Shown here in pieces: positions 1 to 8,984 of a DNA stretch of 64,000 bases; position 1 is the first letter of the stretch; each line of letters begins with the position of its first letter. The position numbers and the translations under genes were made by a program. The DNA comes from a virus, in the IMG/VR virus record IMGVR_UViG_3300048691_000181, positions 1 through 64,000 of that record; one strand, given 5' to 3'. Below the pieces are notes generated by a model. It ran no database searches. It was not told where the DNA came from and saw nothing but the letters and a program-made list of their open reading frames with translations.

Positions 1-485
1 AACAGAGAATCCAAGTCGGTTTCCTGAAGTGCTTCGTAGTCCAGTCCGATGAAAAGCGGTGGTTCGGTTTTCGGCGACTTGAACTGGAATTCGATAGCAT
101 CAGAAGTTTGCTGGCTTCCCCAGAGGCTCTCAACCAGAGAGTCAACCTCCGAATAAGAACGTGGCAGTTTCAGCTCGAATTCGACATCTTCAGTCGCATT
201 ATGCGCTGCAACTGCCATGTGCAACTTCCGAATTGAACCTTCGTGCATGTCAGAGAATCGCAAATCTTCTTCAGATAGAATCTGAAGCAATTGGTCGCAA
301 TTTGAAGCATCGAACTTCAAATTGACCAAAGGCGATTGAGCTTGGAGCTGTGGTCTTAAGCTTGGCAATGGCTCTGCTTTGTCGAGCAGGTTGAGGCAAG
401 CAAGTGTGCTTACCATGTTTTCAATTGCCATGTTCCAGAGCTTAAAGCTCGATGGAACAAGTGGCGTCATTTTTGCTGGCGTCAT
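1..485 (-). CDS. hypothetical protein, truncated by left window edge
   Basis: Manual translation: open frame MTPAKMTPLVPSSFKLWNMAIENMV... from ATG at 485 with no stop before position 1; same strand as neighbours. Confidence 0.6.
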   Translation of the reverse strand, partial: MTPAKMTPLVPSSFKLWNMAIENMVSTLACLNLLDKAEPLPSLRPQLQAQSPLVNLKFDASNCDQLLQILSEEDLRFSDMHEGSIRKLHMAVAAHNATEDVEFELKLPRSYSEVDSLVESLWGSQQTSDAIEFQFKSPKTEPPLFIGLDYEALQETDLDSL

Positions 486-819
486 TTTTTGCTTGATTTT
501 CAGTGTAACACATTCTCTTAACAAGCGAATACTCCCAATAAGGAGTAGCGGCCAAGAGCATTAATTTAAGGCTTTTAAGCCTCTTCTTATCTTCCCCTTC
601 TCTTAATGCGTACATCGCATTAAAGTAGCTTAGAAGAAAGAAAACACGGCTTCCTGTCCAATATAGCTGAAACAGAAGTAACAACATAGACTGAGAAGGT
701 CTATTCATTACTAAGGTTAAAGAAACTATATACACTGATAAGAGTATCAGTTGACACGTGGCGTGTTTTAGGGAAAGAGCTAAAACGTGGGAAGAGAGGA
801 TGGGCAAGAACTTAGCCAT
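442..819 (-). CDS. hypothetical membrane protein
   Basis: Track ORF 442..957; likely start MAKFLPILSS at 819, just after the upstream stop; hydrophobic segments. Confidence 0.5.
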   Translation of the reverse strand: MAKFLPILSSHVLALSLKHATCQLILLSVYIVSLTLVMNRPSQSMLLLLFQLYWTGSRVFFLLSYFNAMYALREGEDKKRLKSLKLMLLAATPYWEYSLVKRMCYTENQAKNDASKNDATCSIEL

Positions 820-820
820 A

Positions 821-1477
821 TCATGCTCCCTTTTGCCCAAATGAATGAAGGAAATCACACGCGATTTCATTGGCATAAGCCAAATATTCCCGCAAGATTT
901 TTCCTTCTCTGTAGTCCATGCCAACTCCAGCTTTAATCTTAACCGATGATTCAACATGCATACAATTTGTACGCTCGTTGAACTTCAAGTCAAAATTAAT
1001 TTGGGTTAGCCCAAACTTAGCGAACCAGCCTCCTCCGAGCTCAATACAGAGCTTCTTAGGAACATAGCTACCTCGTTTTTGGAGCCACATTTTACCCATG
1101 CCTGCTCGAATTGTCGTAGCAGCAGTGGGTGTGTTTTCGATGGCATTGATGAGGCATTGGGGAATATGCAGCCCTGTTTTGGAAGCTTGATTTCCATAGT
1201 CCCTCATTCTGCTGTGGAAGCAGAATTCCTTCCATAGGGTGATGAAATGTGCTTCATGAGGCACATTACATACAACAGTTGGATAGCCGACTTTCCAGTC
1301 GACTGGTTTCAGTTCCATCTTTTCGTAGTTGTGAGCTGAGCCTACGGGTTGCACCTCTCGCTGGTTGAAGGTACGAAATCCGTAGCGCATAGTTTCTGTT
1401 CCTTGAAATACTTCAAGTACATGGAATGCGCTTTGGCTCAGGTCGAACTGGTATTTACAGAGCTTTTCCATTGCCAT
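821..1477 (-). CDS. hypothetical protein
   Basis: Track ORF 821..1495; start probably ATG 1477 or 1471, overlapping the L7/L12 gene end. Confidence 0.55.
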   Translation of the reverse strand: MAMEKLCKYQFDLSQSAFHVLEVFQGTETMRYGFRTFNQREVQPVGSAHNYEKMELKPVDWKVGYPTVVCNVPHEAHFITLWKEFCFHSRMRDYGNQASKTGLHIPQCLINAIENTPTAATTIRAGMGKMWLQKRGSYVPKKLCIELGGGWFAKFGLTQINFDLKFNERTNCMHVESSVKIKAGVGMDYREGKILREYLAYANEIACDFLHSFGQKGA

Positions 1478-1715
1478 TGCCCTTCTCTTTTTCAATTTTC
1501 ACAATCGCTCCATGCTCTTCAATAGCAGCCTTAATCTCTAAGGCTCTTTTTTTTGTAACATTTTTAGCAAGCGTGCCGCTACCTCCAAAGTATGGCATTA
1601 TTTCCTTGGCCTCTTTGAGGCCAATATCAAGCGTGAATTTAATTGCCTTGCAGCAACTAAGCTTATTTGGACCTTCGTCAACAAGGATGACGAGGCACTT
1701 AGGCGATTTATCCAT
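1455..1715 (-). CDS. rplL-like: ribosomal protein L7/L12 (bL12) C-terminal-domain protein
   Basis: VILVDEGPNKLSCCKAIK...IGLKEAKEIM...LAKNVTKKRALEIKAAIEEHGAIVKIE matches the bL12 CTD pattern (GLKEAK motif); no N-terminal dimerisation domain or hinge. Confidence 0.85.
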   Translation of the reverse strand: MDKSPKCLVILVDEGPNKLSCCKAIKFTLDIGLKEAKEIMPYFGGSGTLAKNVTKKRALEIKAAIEEHGAIVKIEKEKGNGNGKAL

Positions 1716-1718
1716 TTA

Positions 1719-2492
1719 TTAAGGTTTAGCCTCCGCTGGAGGCGGTTTTCCAATATAATCAATTGCCTGTATTCTCTCTAAATAAGACTTAGGCAATTGA
1801 AATCCGTCTTTCACTGCTCTCTTATGAGCAGCATTGATTGAAGCCCAATATTCTTCAGAGGGCTTCAACGGGTTATGTATGTCCTTATTCAACGACCATG
1901 AGGTCACATTAAAGAACATGATTCCTCCTTCTGGAATGACGTTTGGAATCCCTGCCGATTCTCCCAATTGAGGGAAAATCGAAGGTGTTTCTCGAACGTC
2001 ATTCTGTACTGCATGGAGCGGATGCCAGTTAGACAGCAACATATAGTGATTTCCCTCACCAGAGAAATCAGAATTGTTACAGCCTTCCTTCAGCATCAAT
2101 GGAGACCCAAAACGAAGTGCTATCTTTGGTATCGCAAAGACACCAATATAGCAAACGTCTGTTTCGTCTCCTTGTCTCAATGTAGCCTTTCCCTCTACGG
2201 TTGAGAATTCAAGGCTATCTGCCAACCAAGCCTTCTTCTGGAAGGAGAGTTTGACAAATGGAAACTTGTACCAACCGACAAAGTGTGAGCTGAACAGGTC
2301 TTCATTTGGAACGTCCATTCCAATTTCCTTAAAGGAAGGAGCTAAACGTTCGATGAAGTTTGAAGCTTTGAATAAAGCTCCATACGTGCCAATCAGCACA
2401 AAATCTTTAGCTGGATTGCCACGTCCAGCAAGATTATAGTCATTTGGCGCTAATTCAATTCGAGGAATTAAATCCTTATTGAATGGTTTCAT
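1719..2492 (-). CDS. hypothetical protein
   Basis: 257-aa ORF, tightly packed with neighbours. Confidence 0.7.
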   Translation of the reverse strand: MKPFNKDLIPRIELAPNDYNLAGRGNPAKDFVLIGTYGALFKASNFIERLAPSFKEIGMDVPNEDLFSSHFVGWYKFPFVKLSFQKKAWLADSLEFSTVEGKATLRQGDETDVCYIGVFAIPKIALRFGSPLMLKEGCNNSDFSGEGNHYMLLSNWHPLHAVQNDVRETPSIFPQLGESAGIPNVIPEGGIMFFNVTSWSLNKDIHNPLKPSEEYWASINAAHKRAVKDGFQLPKSYLERIQAIDYIGKPPPAEAKP

Positions 2493-2728
2493 TAGTCGCC
2501 ATAGTTATGAAACGAAGACACTAATTCAGTTGTAACAACTGAAAATAGTGCTCCAATGAGCAAAGTTGCCTGTACCGCACTATAATAGCCAATTTGTGGC
2601 ATATTAAACTGCGGTACGTCTCTTGCAATTCCATTCCAAAATACCATTACCAAGAATGGTGAAATTAGGAATGTTGAAACTAAGCGAACTGCAAACTTTG
2701 CAATTTTTATTTTTTTTTGCTTTTCTAT
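2492..2728 (-). CDS. small two-TM membrane protein with apparent non-AUG (ATA) start
   Basis: Manual translation IEKQKKIKIAKFAVRLVSTFLISPFLVMVFWNGIARDVPQFNMPQIGYYSAVQATLLIGALFSVV...; its TAA overlaps the next ATG (TAATG). Confidence 0.5.
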   Translation of the reverse strand: MEKQKKIKIAKFAVRLVSTFLISPFLVMVFWNGIARDVPQFNMPQIGYYSAVQATLLIGALFSVVTTELVSSFHNYGD

Positions 2729-2973
2729 TAGTACAGTAAAAATTTGTAGAACAATGCAACTTCTTCGATTCTATGACTTATTCCTTTTTTATTGCACCAG
2801 TCAAGGCACAAAGGGAGAAAGTGGCTTAGAATCAAAATAAAGAGCATTGTCCAAAGCTTTTGAATAACGTCTGCTTCATACCAGAGGAATATGACTAAGC
2901 TCAATAACCCTATCAGTGCTAAGAATATTAGGCTGATACTTATGGTTACGGCTTTTTCAATCAACGCAATCAT
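2728..2973 (-). CDS. small membrane protein
   Basis: 81 aa with two hydrophobic stretches. Confidence 0.55.
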   Translation of the reverse strand: MIALIEKAVTISISLIFLALIGLLSLVIFLWYEADVIQKLWTMLFILILSHFLPLCLDWCNKKGISHRIEEVALFYKFLLY

Positions 2974-3029
2974 TCAATCCAAAGATTGATGTGTCTCTGG
3001 CGTAGGTATGTGTTCCAATTATTTTTCAT
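2970..3029 (-). CDS. 19-aa mini ORF (MKNNWNTYLRQRHINLWIE)
   Basis: Fills the gap after the TROVE gene; ATGA overlap with the next gene. Confidence 0.3.
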   Translation of the reverse strand: MKNNWNTYLRQRHINLWIE

Positions 3030-3041
3030 TGGAAGTTTATT

Positions 3042-4559
3042 TTACTGGTTACGGAAAGACACAGTCGAATTTGTATCTCCTTTTTCCATTGGATTGGCTA
3101 TGCCATTTTGTTGGCATATCCATTCAAGGAAATAGTCGGAGTGACCGTGAATCCGTGTAAACATGGATTGAACCTCAGTCCCATATTTCTCGGCATGTGC
3201 CTGAACGTTCATAACGAACTGACGTTTACAAGCCGTAATAACGGGGAATTGAGTATCCCCTAACTTATTTGCTGAATCTCCTCTCCAAGAAACTTGGAGC
3301 CTGTTATCACATTCTTCTCCATCGCAGAAAAGAAAGATATTAGAAGCCGAATGGCTTGGATTGGACTTTATGTCCTTCTCAACTGTAGCAAAGAAGTCGT
3401 ACTCGAATATGCCTCCGCCTTGCAGCTTGTACTTTCTTTCGAGTTTATCTCCTGCATCCATTGAGAATATATTCTCAAATAATGCAAGTCTATCTTCTTC
3501 ATTGAGCTTTATGTGAAGCCCAATGTCTTTTCCATTATTTGGTGCACTTGTATCTCCAGAGAACCAAATTTCACATTCTTCGCACACCAGCGATAGCATA
3601 TATGCCATAAGTATAGCAGCATGCCTTCGCTCCATCCTTCCTCCTCCGCCAGAAGCGATTGGGTGCTTCATACTTCCAGACCAGTCAATTCCGATATGTG
3701 TCATGCCAGGAATCTTTTTAATTCCCTTGTGTGTGAACATATTGAATATCAGCTCTTGAAACAATGGAGCGAAAGAGCTATTGTTCACAGCATTAGCATT
3801 CAGCTCGGTTTTATAGAGAACCGTAGGTGGCATCAAGCCTTTCGGCATTTTTGCACGCAGGTTCTCTTCGAGCCATGCTCTATCTATGCCTAACTCATCG
3901 GCAAATGGCATCGAATTGATGTACGCGATTACATTCAATTCGATTAGCTCCATCTTGGCTTGGTCAATAGACAGAGCTTTGAATGCACTTGGCATCGAAG
4001 TGTTTCCCCAACGAGACAACGTCTCTAACTTCTCCCAGTTCACCTTTGACAGTTTACCGATTGAAGTTGCGCTGTTCGCTTTTGTATATGTTTCATATAC
4101 CTGTCTAAGTTGTGGAAGAACAGGTAAGGTAGGTTCGTCGAGCAGTATCGTATCGATGAGTGGTCTGACCGTGCTGGTCAAGGACATACCTACTACACGG
4201 AACTTCATGATATGCTCGAACAGTTTTTGAGCTTCACTTTCTTTCAGAAAGACAGAAGCCCAATGTATCGTATACATCAGTATTGGCTGATGTAGTAGGA
4301 GTTCAGGTACGAAGCTCGCCAATGCAGGCGTAGGCGCGTACTTGAAAACAATAACTATGTATGCCGCGATAGAACTTTGAAGCTTGGCCAATTGCATCAA
4401 ATTCTTTGCAGCGTCGTAATCGTCGTAGATTAAATCTACGTCATGAGATTGGCTCTTAATCAATGGCTCAATCTCGTTAACAACAACTTTTTGGACGAAG
4501 CTGTCATTTTCCTGCAATATGAATTGCGAGAAAATTCCAGCTAACGTTTTTTTTTTCAT
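3042..4559 (-). CDS. divergent Ro60/Rsr-like TROVE + vWA protein
   Basis: C-terminal vWA with MIDAS GIDWSGSM followed by RRHAAILMA, IFLFCDGEECD, FVMNVQA and FTRIHGHSDYFLEWI, resembling bacterial TROVE C-termini; helical N-terminal two thirds; 505 aa. Confidence 0.7.
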   Translation of the reverse strand: MKKKTLAGIFSQFILQENDSFVQKVVVNEIEPLIKSQSHDVDLIYDDYDAAKNLMQLAKLQSSIAAYIVIVFKYAPTPALASFVPELLLHQPILMYTIHWASVFLKESEAQKLFEHIMKFRVVGMSLTSTVRPLIDTILLDEPTLPVLPQLRQVYETYTKANSATSIGKLSKVNWEKLETLSRWGNTSMPSAFKALSIDQAKMELIELNVIAYINSMPFADELGIDRAWLEENLRAKMPKGLMPPTVLYKTELNANAVNNSSFAPLFQELIFNMFTHKGIKKIPGMTHIGIDWSGSMKHPIASGGGGRMERRHAAILMAYMLSLVCEECEIWFSGDTSAPNNGKDIGLHIKLNEEDRLALFENIFSMDAGDKLERKYKLQGGGIFEYDFFATVEKDIKSNPSHSASNIFLFCDGEECDNRLQVSWRGDSANKLGDTQFPVITACKRQFVMNVQAHAEKYGTEVQSMFTRIHGHSDYFLEWICQQNGIANPMEKGDTNSTVSFRNQ

Positions 4560-4576
4560 AAATTACGGGTTAATGT

Positions 4577-4720
4577 GTTCCTGTTTAAGCATCTTTTTTA
4601 GAAATCGATATACTCTTTTGATTTGCAGTCAAGAGTCTATATATCGTATTCTTCATTAGGTCAGCTCGTGGTATGCTATGTGATATAGCGAATTAACGAG
4701 TCTGTTTCTTAAACAGGAAC
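4577..4720 (-). ncRNA. structured RNA upstream of the TROVE gene (candidate Y-RNA-like or leader RNA)
   Basis: Perfect 13-bp terminal stem GTTCCTGTTTAAG (4577-4589)/CTTAAACAGGAAC (4708-4720) enclosing two hairpins, one capped by TTGA-CTGCAAA-TCAA. Confidence 0.55.
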
Positions 4721-4737
4721 GAGTTTAAAACGACTTA

Positions 4738-4902
4738 CTATCTGTCCACTGGACAGTTAGCGCAACCGCCTGTTGCGCAATTTGACCCGCTACAACCGCC
4801 TTTGAAGGCAGTGCAAGTAGCAGGTTTTGGTCCAGTAGACCCTTCGACTTTATAAGTCGGAATTGAATTTGAAATGATTGGATTTTTCATACCAGTTGCC
4901 AT
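4738..4902 (-). CDS. 54-aa Cys-rich peptide
   Basis: Manual translation MATGMKNPIISNSIPTYKVEGSTGPKPATCTAFKGGCSGSNCATGGCANCPVDR, ending in tandem TAG TAA. Confidence 0.6.
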   Translation of the reverse strand: MATGMKNPIISNSIPTYKVEGSTGPKPATCTAFKGGCSGSNCATGGCANCPVDR

Positions 4903-4957
4903 TTGAAATTGTTAATTTTGCCTTGTAGTAGAGCCCCTTTTTTGGAGGGCGCAGATG

Positions 4958-5137
4958 CTACTTAGCGAAAAAGAGTGAACAGGCGCGTGCCCATCCACTT
5001 GTTTCAGCGATTTTAACCGCAGCCTGAGCCGCAGTTAGGTCGCTACCCATTCCTACACTATTTGGCACTTGAGCCAAACGAAGAATGGATTCTCGTTGTT
5101 GTGCCACCTTTTCGAGGTTGGCTCTATGTTTTTCCAT
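4958..5137 (-). CDS. 59-aa hypothetical protein
   Basis: Manual translation MEKHRANLEKVAQQRESILRLAQVPNSVGMGSDLTAAQAAVKIAETSGWARACSLFFAK; fills an intergenic gap. Confidence 0.55.
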   Translation of the reverse strand: MEKHRANLEKVAQQRESILRLAQVPNSVGMGSDLTAAQAAVKIAETSGWARACSLFFAK

Positions 5138-5160
5138 TTGACAATCTCTATTTAGGTTTC

Positions 5161-6234
5161 TTAATAATTAAATATGTATGTTAAATATTGATCTGCTACG
5201 TTATAGCCCTGATAGGGTCTAATACGTGTCTGAATTCTTTCTGATCTGAAACCACTTTTCTTCAGAGCTTCAATACCGCAATCAATACGTGCTTGAGCTA
5301 TTTTCTGATTTTTTAGTTTCGTTCCAGTACTCGAACTTGCTCCAATGACGAGTACTTGAGCTGTCTTGGGAATCTTATCCACAAAGGATAAGATTCCGTC
5401 TAATTGCTCAAACGACAAATCTGAAGCTCCTGCTTTAAAATGCAGGGTTAGTGTTTCGGATTTAGCTTGTTTCTGAATTGGCGCTTCCTGTTTTTGCTGT
5501 TCAAGAACTTCAGTACGTTGAAAAACGCGTTGAATCTTGGAAAGCAAAAAGGAATCGTTTTTCCTCAACGGTTCTGTTTCTTGACGAACCAAATAGCTCG
5601 TCAATTGGACAATTGCTTGTCCAAAAACGCTGTCGTTCAATAGGCGGTCACGTGTTTCCTGAACGGAAAACACAGGAGCGGGTGCTTGAACGACGGGTGG
5701 TTTCGCTTGCCGCTGTTTTTTAAACAGCGGCAAGCGAACAAATACGCGTGGCGTAACCACGATGTCGTGTTTTCCGCGAATAGCATTGTCAAGCCCATCT
5801 GGAACCGCAATGTTGCGTTCCCCAGATAAACTAACACCTATAACGGTGTTAGCTTTGGTACGCCATTGGGCGCCCATTGCAACGTTTGCGTTTGCGGCTG
5901 CGTAACGGAATGGACGGGCTGTAATGGAGCCTTCTCCGAAGAGTTGGAACCGATTGCCCGTTTGAATTCTGGCTCCGATTTCACCGTATCCGTGGTCGCG
6001 TACAAAACTGCCGAGACGTAAAGCGCGATAAGCCACACCAGTAAAAACCCCGCCTGTGATGTTTGGGGTAATAGAAAAATCATAGCCCAAACGAAGGCCA
6101 ATTTCAGACCCCGCCTTTGCGGTCTCGAAATCAGTATAAGCGATGGGAGCTGCCAATCGCGTTTCAAGAGTGAGTTGAGCATTAGCGACAGTTGTTGTGG
6201 CTAAGATAGCCACAATTAAAAGAATCTGTTTCAT
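5161..6234 (-). CDS. OmpA-family outer membrane protein
   Basis: Sec signal (MKQILLIVAILATTTVANAQ), amphipathic beta-strand region, C-terminal OmpA-like domain (LHFKAGASDL...VLVIGASSSTG...NQKIAQAR...GFRSERI). Confidence 0.8.
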   Translation of the reverse strand: MKQILLIVAILATTTVANAQLTLETRLAAPIAYTDFETAKAGSEIGLRLGYDFSITPNITGGVFTGVAYRALRLGSFVRDHGYGEIGARIQTGNRFQLFGEGSITARPFRYAAANANVAMGAQWRTKANTVIGVSLSGERNIAVPDGLDNAIRGKHDIVVTPRVFVRLPLFKKQRQAKPPVVQAPAPVFSVQETRDRLLNDSVFGQAIVQLTSYLVRQETEPLRKNDSFLLSKIQRVFQRTEVLEQQKQEAPIQKQAKSETLTLHFKAGASDLSFEQLDGILSFVDKIPKTAQVLVIGASSSTGTKLKNQKIAQARIDCGIEALKKSGFRSERIQTRIRPYQGYNVADQYLTYIFNY

Positions 6235-6283
6235 AAAATCAAGTGTTTTTTGTGGCTTTCGCCGTTTATTTTTTTAATTAAGC

Positions 6284-7381
6284 TCACAAATCGTCGAGCT
6301 TTTGTAGTTGCCACTTCTCGATAATGGCAACAAGATTAGCCCCATAATTTGGGTCAGTGGCATAATGCCACTTTTGTAATGACTCTGCCCACCTTTTATA
6401 GTTTGCATTCTGCCTTGCTAATGCAGCATACTTACCATAATAGACAGATTTGTCCGTTAGCCATTCTGAATGGGCGCGATAGCTCTCCCAAGCAGAGGCG
6501 AAATTGCGATAGCGCTCTCCTGCTTTGTCACCTTTGTGAATGGTGACAATTGGGCTACAATGCCCAGAATCGCAATTCTTCTCCCAACACTTAATGCCAA
6601 AATGAGCATTGTGTTGGGAGGCTAAAATAGACATTCCATTTGCTGACTCCAATGCTCCTTGAGCAAGGATAATTGAAGCTGGAATGCCAAATTTGTCCTT
6701 TTCGCCGATAGCAATTTTTGAGAACCTCTGAAAGTAAGAGGCTCTCTGTTGGTCGGGCAAAGATATAGAGCTCACCGACTTTGTTGAGACAAACTGAGCT
6801 GTTCCTCCTTTTGGAAGGGAGGGTTCAATTCGTTCTATTCCGTCGGTAGCCAGCTCCTTCGCTGGAGCTTTGATAAGAGTCGTAGAATTCTCTACAATCC
6901 CCTTTATTTGCCTTCTAACAGACTTTTCTTGTGTCTGTGGTACACTGTGGTTCATAGCCCCAACATAACCTAAGAAACAAGAAATGGTCAATGCCCCAGC
7001 AGCAAGTAACCCTAAGAAGAGATTTGCTTGTTCCGCATCACGGAATTCAGCGTACTCTTCTAAACCCGCATTGTACGGGTTGTTTTTTAGGGTGACGAGA
7101 TAGTTTCTCCATCGCTTGACGAACCGAGAAGCGCGCCATGCCATTGCTGCGAATAGGCAGAATGACACGATGAAAACTATCTGACTATAATTGGCAGTCG
7201 GATACCAGACCGACATACCAAAAGCAGCAAGTGTGGAAATAGACATGCCGACTGCTCCCCTGATTAGGGTTTCAATCAGATGTTTCTTTAGCCAGACAGC
7301 CGCCTGTTCGGTCAATTGGCCGACATCTGCTACAATGGCAGGAAGCACCTCGTAACGGTGCTTGTTCACAGTGCCGTTCAT
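6284..7381 (-). CDS. membrane-anchored GH73 glucosaminidase (FlgJ-like)
   Basis: GIPASIILAQGALES, HFGIKC, F.SAWESYRAHS and YATDPNY motifs; three N-terminal TM segments. Confidence 0.9.
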   Translation of the reverse strand: MNGTVNKHRYEVLPAIVADVGQLTEQAAVWLKKHLIETLIRGAVGMSISTLAAFGMSVWYPTANYSQIVFIVSFCLFAAMAWRASRFVKRWRNYLVTLKNNPYNAGLEEYAEFRDAEQANLFLGLLAAGALTISCFLGYVGAMNHSVPQTQEKSVRRQIKGIVENSTTLIKAPAKELATDGIERIEPSLPKGGTAQFVSTKSVSSISLPDQQRASYFQRFSKIAIGEKDKFGIPASIILAQGALESANGMSILASQHNAHFGIKCWEKNCDSGHCSPIVTIHKGDKAGERYRNFASAWESYRAHSEWLTDKSVYYGKYAALARQNANYKRWAESLQKWHYATDPNYGANLVAIIEKWQLQKLDDL

Positions 7382-7390
7382 GTTTGTTTT

Positions 7391-7648
7391 TTATTTTATA
7401 GAGCCGTATTTGGCATTGAATGCCTTTATACGGTTACCAGATTCAATTGGCCCTAATTGAGCCAACTCTTCCTTAAACTCGTCCGACATACTGTCGGTTT
7501 CCGTTCGAGGGATTTGAACCCCGTAGGGTTCGAGCTGGAAGTCTTGGAGACAATTGTTCTCCAAGATAAAGTCCAGCAGCTCCGTTTCCCCTTTAGCTAA
7601 CTCTGCCAATATAGCATCTCTAACTAAAGGGCGTACAATCGCTCTCAT
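7391..7648 (-). CDS. hypothetical protein
   Basis: 85-aa ORF with an A-rich leader. Confidence 0.6.
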   Translation of the reverse strand: MRAIVRPLVRDAILAELAKGETELLDFILENNCLQDFQLEPYGVQIPRTETDSMSDEFKEELAQLGPIESGNRIKAFNAKYGSIK

Positions 7649-7727
7649 GGGATTTGTTTTTATTCTAAGCTATTATTGTCTCTTTTCCATGTATATGGAT
7701 AGTTAGAGAATAATAATGGCTTAGGAG

Positions 7728-7976
7728 TTAGAAATTACGGAATGCCATTCCATCGAACTCGAAGAATAGGGCGCTAACCCATCCTGAATCCAATTTGACC
7801 ATTCCGTTTTGTTGAAGGACTTCAACAGGAAACTTAATAGGCTCCATCCCATTACCGACTTTGGTAAGGGTTGAAGCAGATAGTCTCCTGTTGAAGCCCG
7901 TTAATTCGACTGCCACAGGCTTATTCTTCTTTTCAGGAAGAATCGCCTTCGGCAGAATTGGATTAGCCATAACCAT
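7728..7976 (-). CDS. hypothetical protein
   Basis: 82-aa ORF, co-oriented with neighbours. Confidence 0.5.
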   Translation of the reverse strand: MVMANPILPKAILPEKKNKPVAVELTGFNRRLSASTLTKVGNGMEPIKFPVEVLQQNGMVKLDSGWVSALFFEFDGMAFRNF

Positions 7977-8144
7977 TTTTCAGTTGCGGTGGCAACGCCC
8001 CCTCGTTCAGAAGCTTCACTAACCTATTGAATTCTTATACTACGTATAAGAATCAATATAAGGTACGTGCGTTATGCGTACCTTATTATATGGTTACATT
8101 GAATTCTAAAACAAAGGGACGTTGCCTCATTTTGAGTAACGTTT

Positions 8145-8984
8145 CTAAATCCTCCGAATGCCATTTACCCGAACCCAAGAGATGGGCTGGGTTGGTTTTG
8201 AAGGGAGATACTTGACAATCAGACAGAATCCCTTATCAGGGAAACTGTAAAAAATGTAAGCAAATCCACCTTCCTCAATGGCGCTCATGTTCTCGAGCTC
8301 CACCAATGGGAGCTCTTTGCCCATGATTTCTAATTGAGCTCTCGAATCGGTCAAGAAACGAATACGAAGAGGCACTGAATCTGCGTTGTACGCCGTTTGT
8401 TCTTTTGGAACAAACGCATACTGTGCAGACACAGAATAGCCCGTTAGAATGAAAAGAAATGCCACTGTAAGTACTTTCAACCCCTTCTTAGGGGGTTTCA
8501 CCATCCATAATATAATTGTGATTAGCACCAATAGCAAAACTGGGAACCAGCTACCATGCGAAGTACCAGAAGGTACTTCTATGATGTGACCATCAGCTTG
8601 AGCATTAGCTGAAACAAATAGGCTCATAGCTAAAGCGCTAAGACCTATTTTTTTCAGGAACTTACTCTCATTAAACACACCATCGACAAATCCCACTACT
8701 GCAAACAAGCAGAGTGCAATCGTCAAAAATCCCATCATTCCAGTAGGGTCTGGATTAGGATGATGGACTGCTACAGTCTCTTGAGCCACAGCCAAGAATG
8801 GCATAGTTACAAGAGCCGAAATTGCCCTTGTTGTGTGGCACCCTTTGCCCAATGCCGAAAAGCAAAGGGTCATGAAAACTGCTCCTGCAATAATGGAGCA
8901 CGCTACGACTTCGGACATCGTAGCGAATAAAAGGCAGACTACTGCCATTCCGAGGGTGGCCAATTGGCCTGTTTGTTTTGTCAT
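8145..8984 (-). CDS. multi-pass membrane protein with repeated signal-peptide-like segments
   Basis: Hydrophobic segments ending in AVAQ, ANAQ and VSAQ, preceded by basic residues. Confidence 0.65.
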   Translation of the reverse strand: MTKQTGQLATLGMAVVCLLFATMSEVVACSIIAGAVFMTLCFSALGKGCHTTRAISALVTMPFLAVAQETVAVHHPNPDPTGMMGFLTIALCLFAVVGFVDGVFNESKFLKKIGLSALAMSLFVSANAQADGHIIEVPSGTSHGSWFPVLLLVLITIILWMVKPPKKGLKVLTVAFLFILTGYSVSAQYAFVPKEQTAYNADSVPLRIRFLTDSRAQLEIMGKELPLVELENMSAIEEGGFAYIFYSFPDKGFCLIVKYLPSKPTQPISWVRVNGIRRI

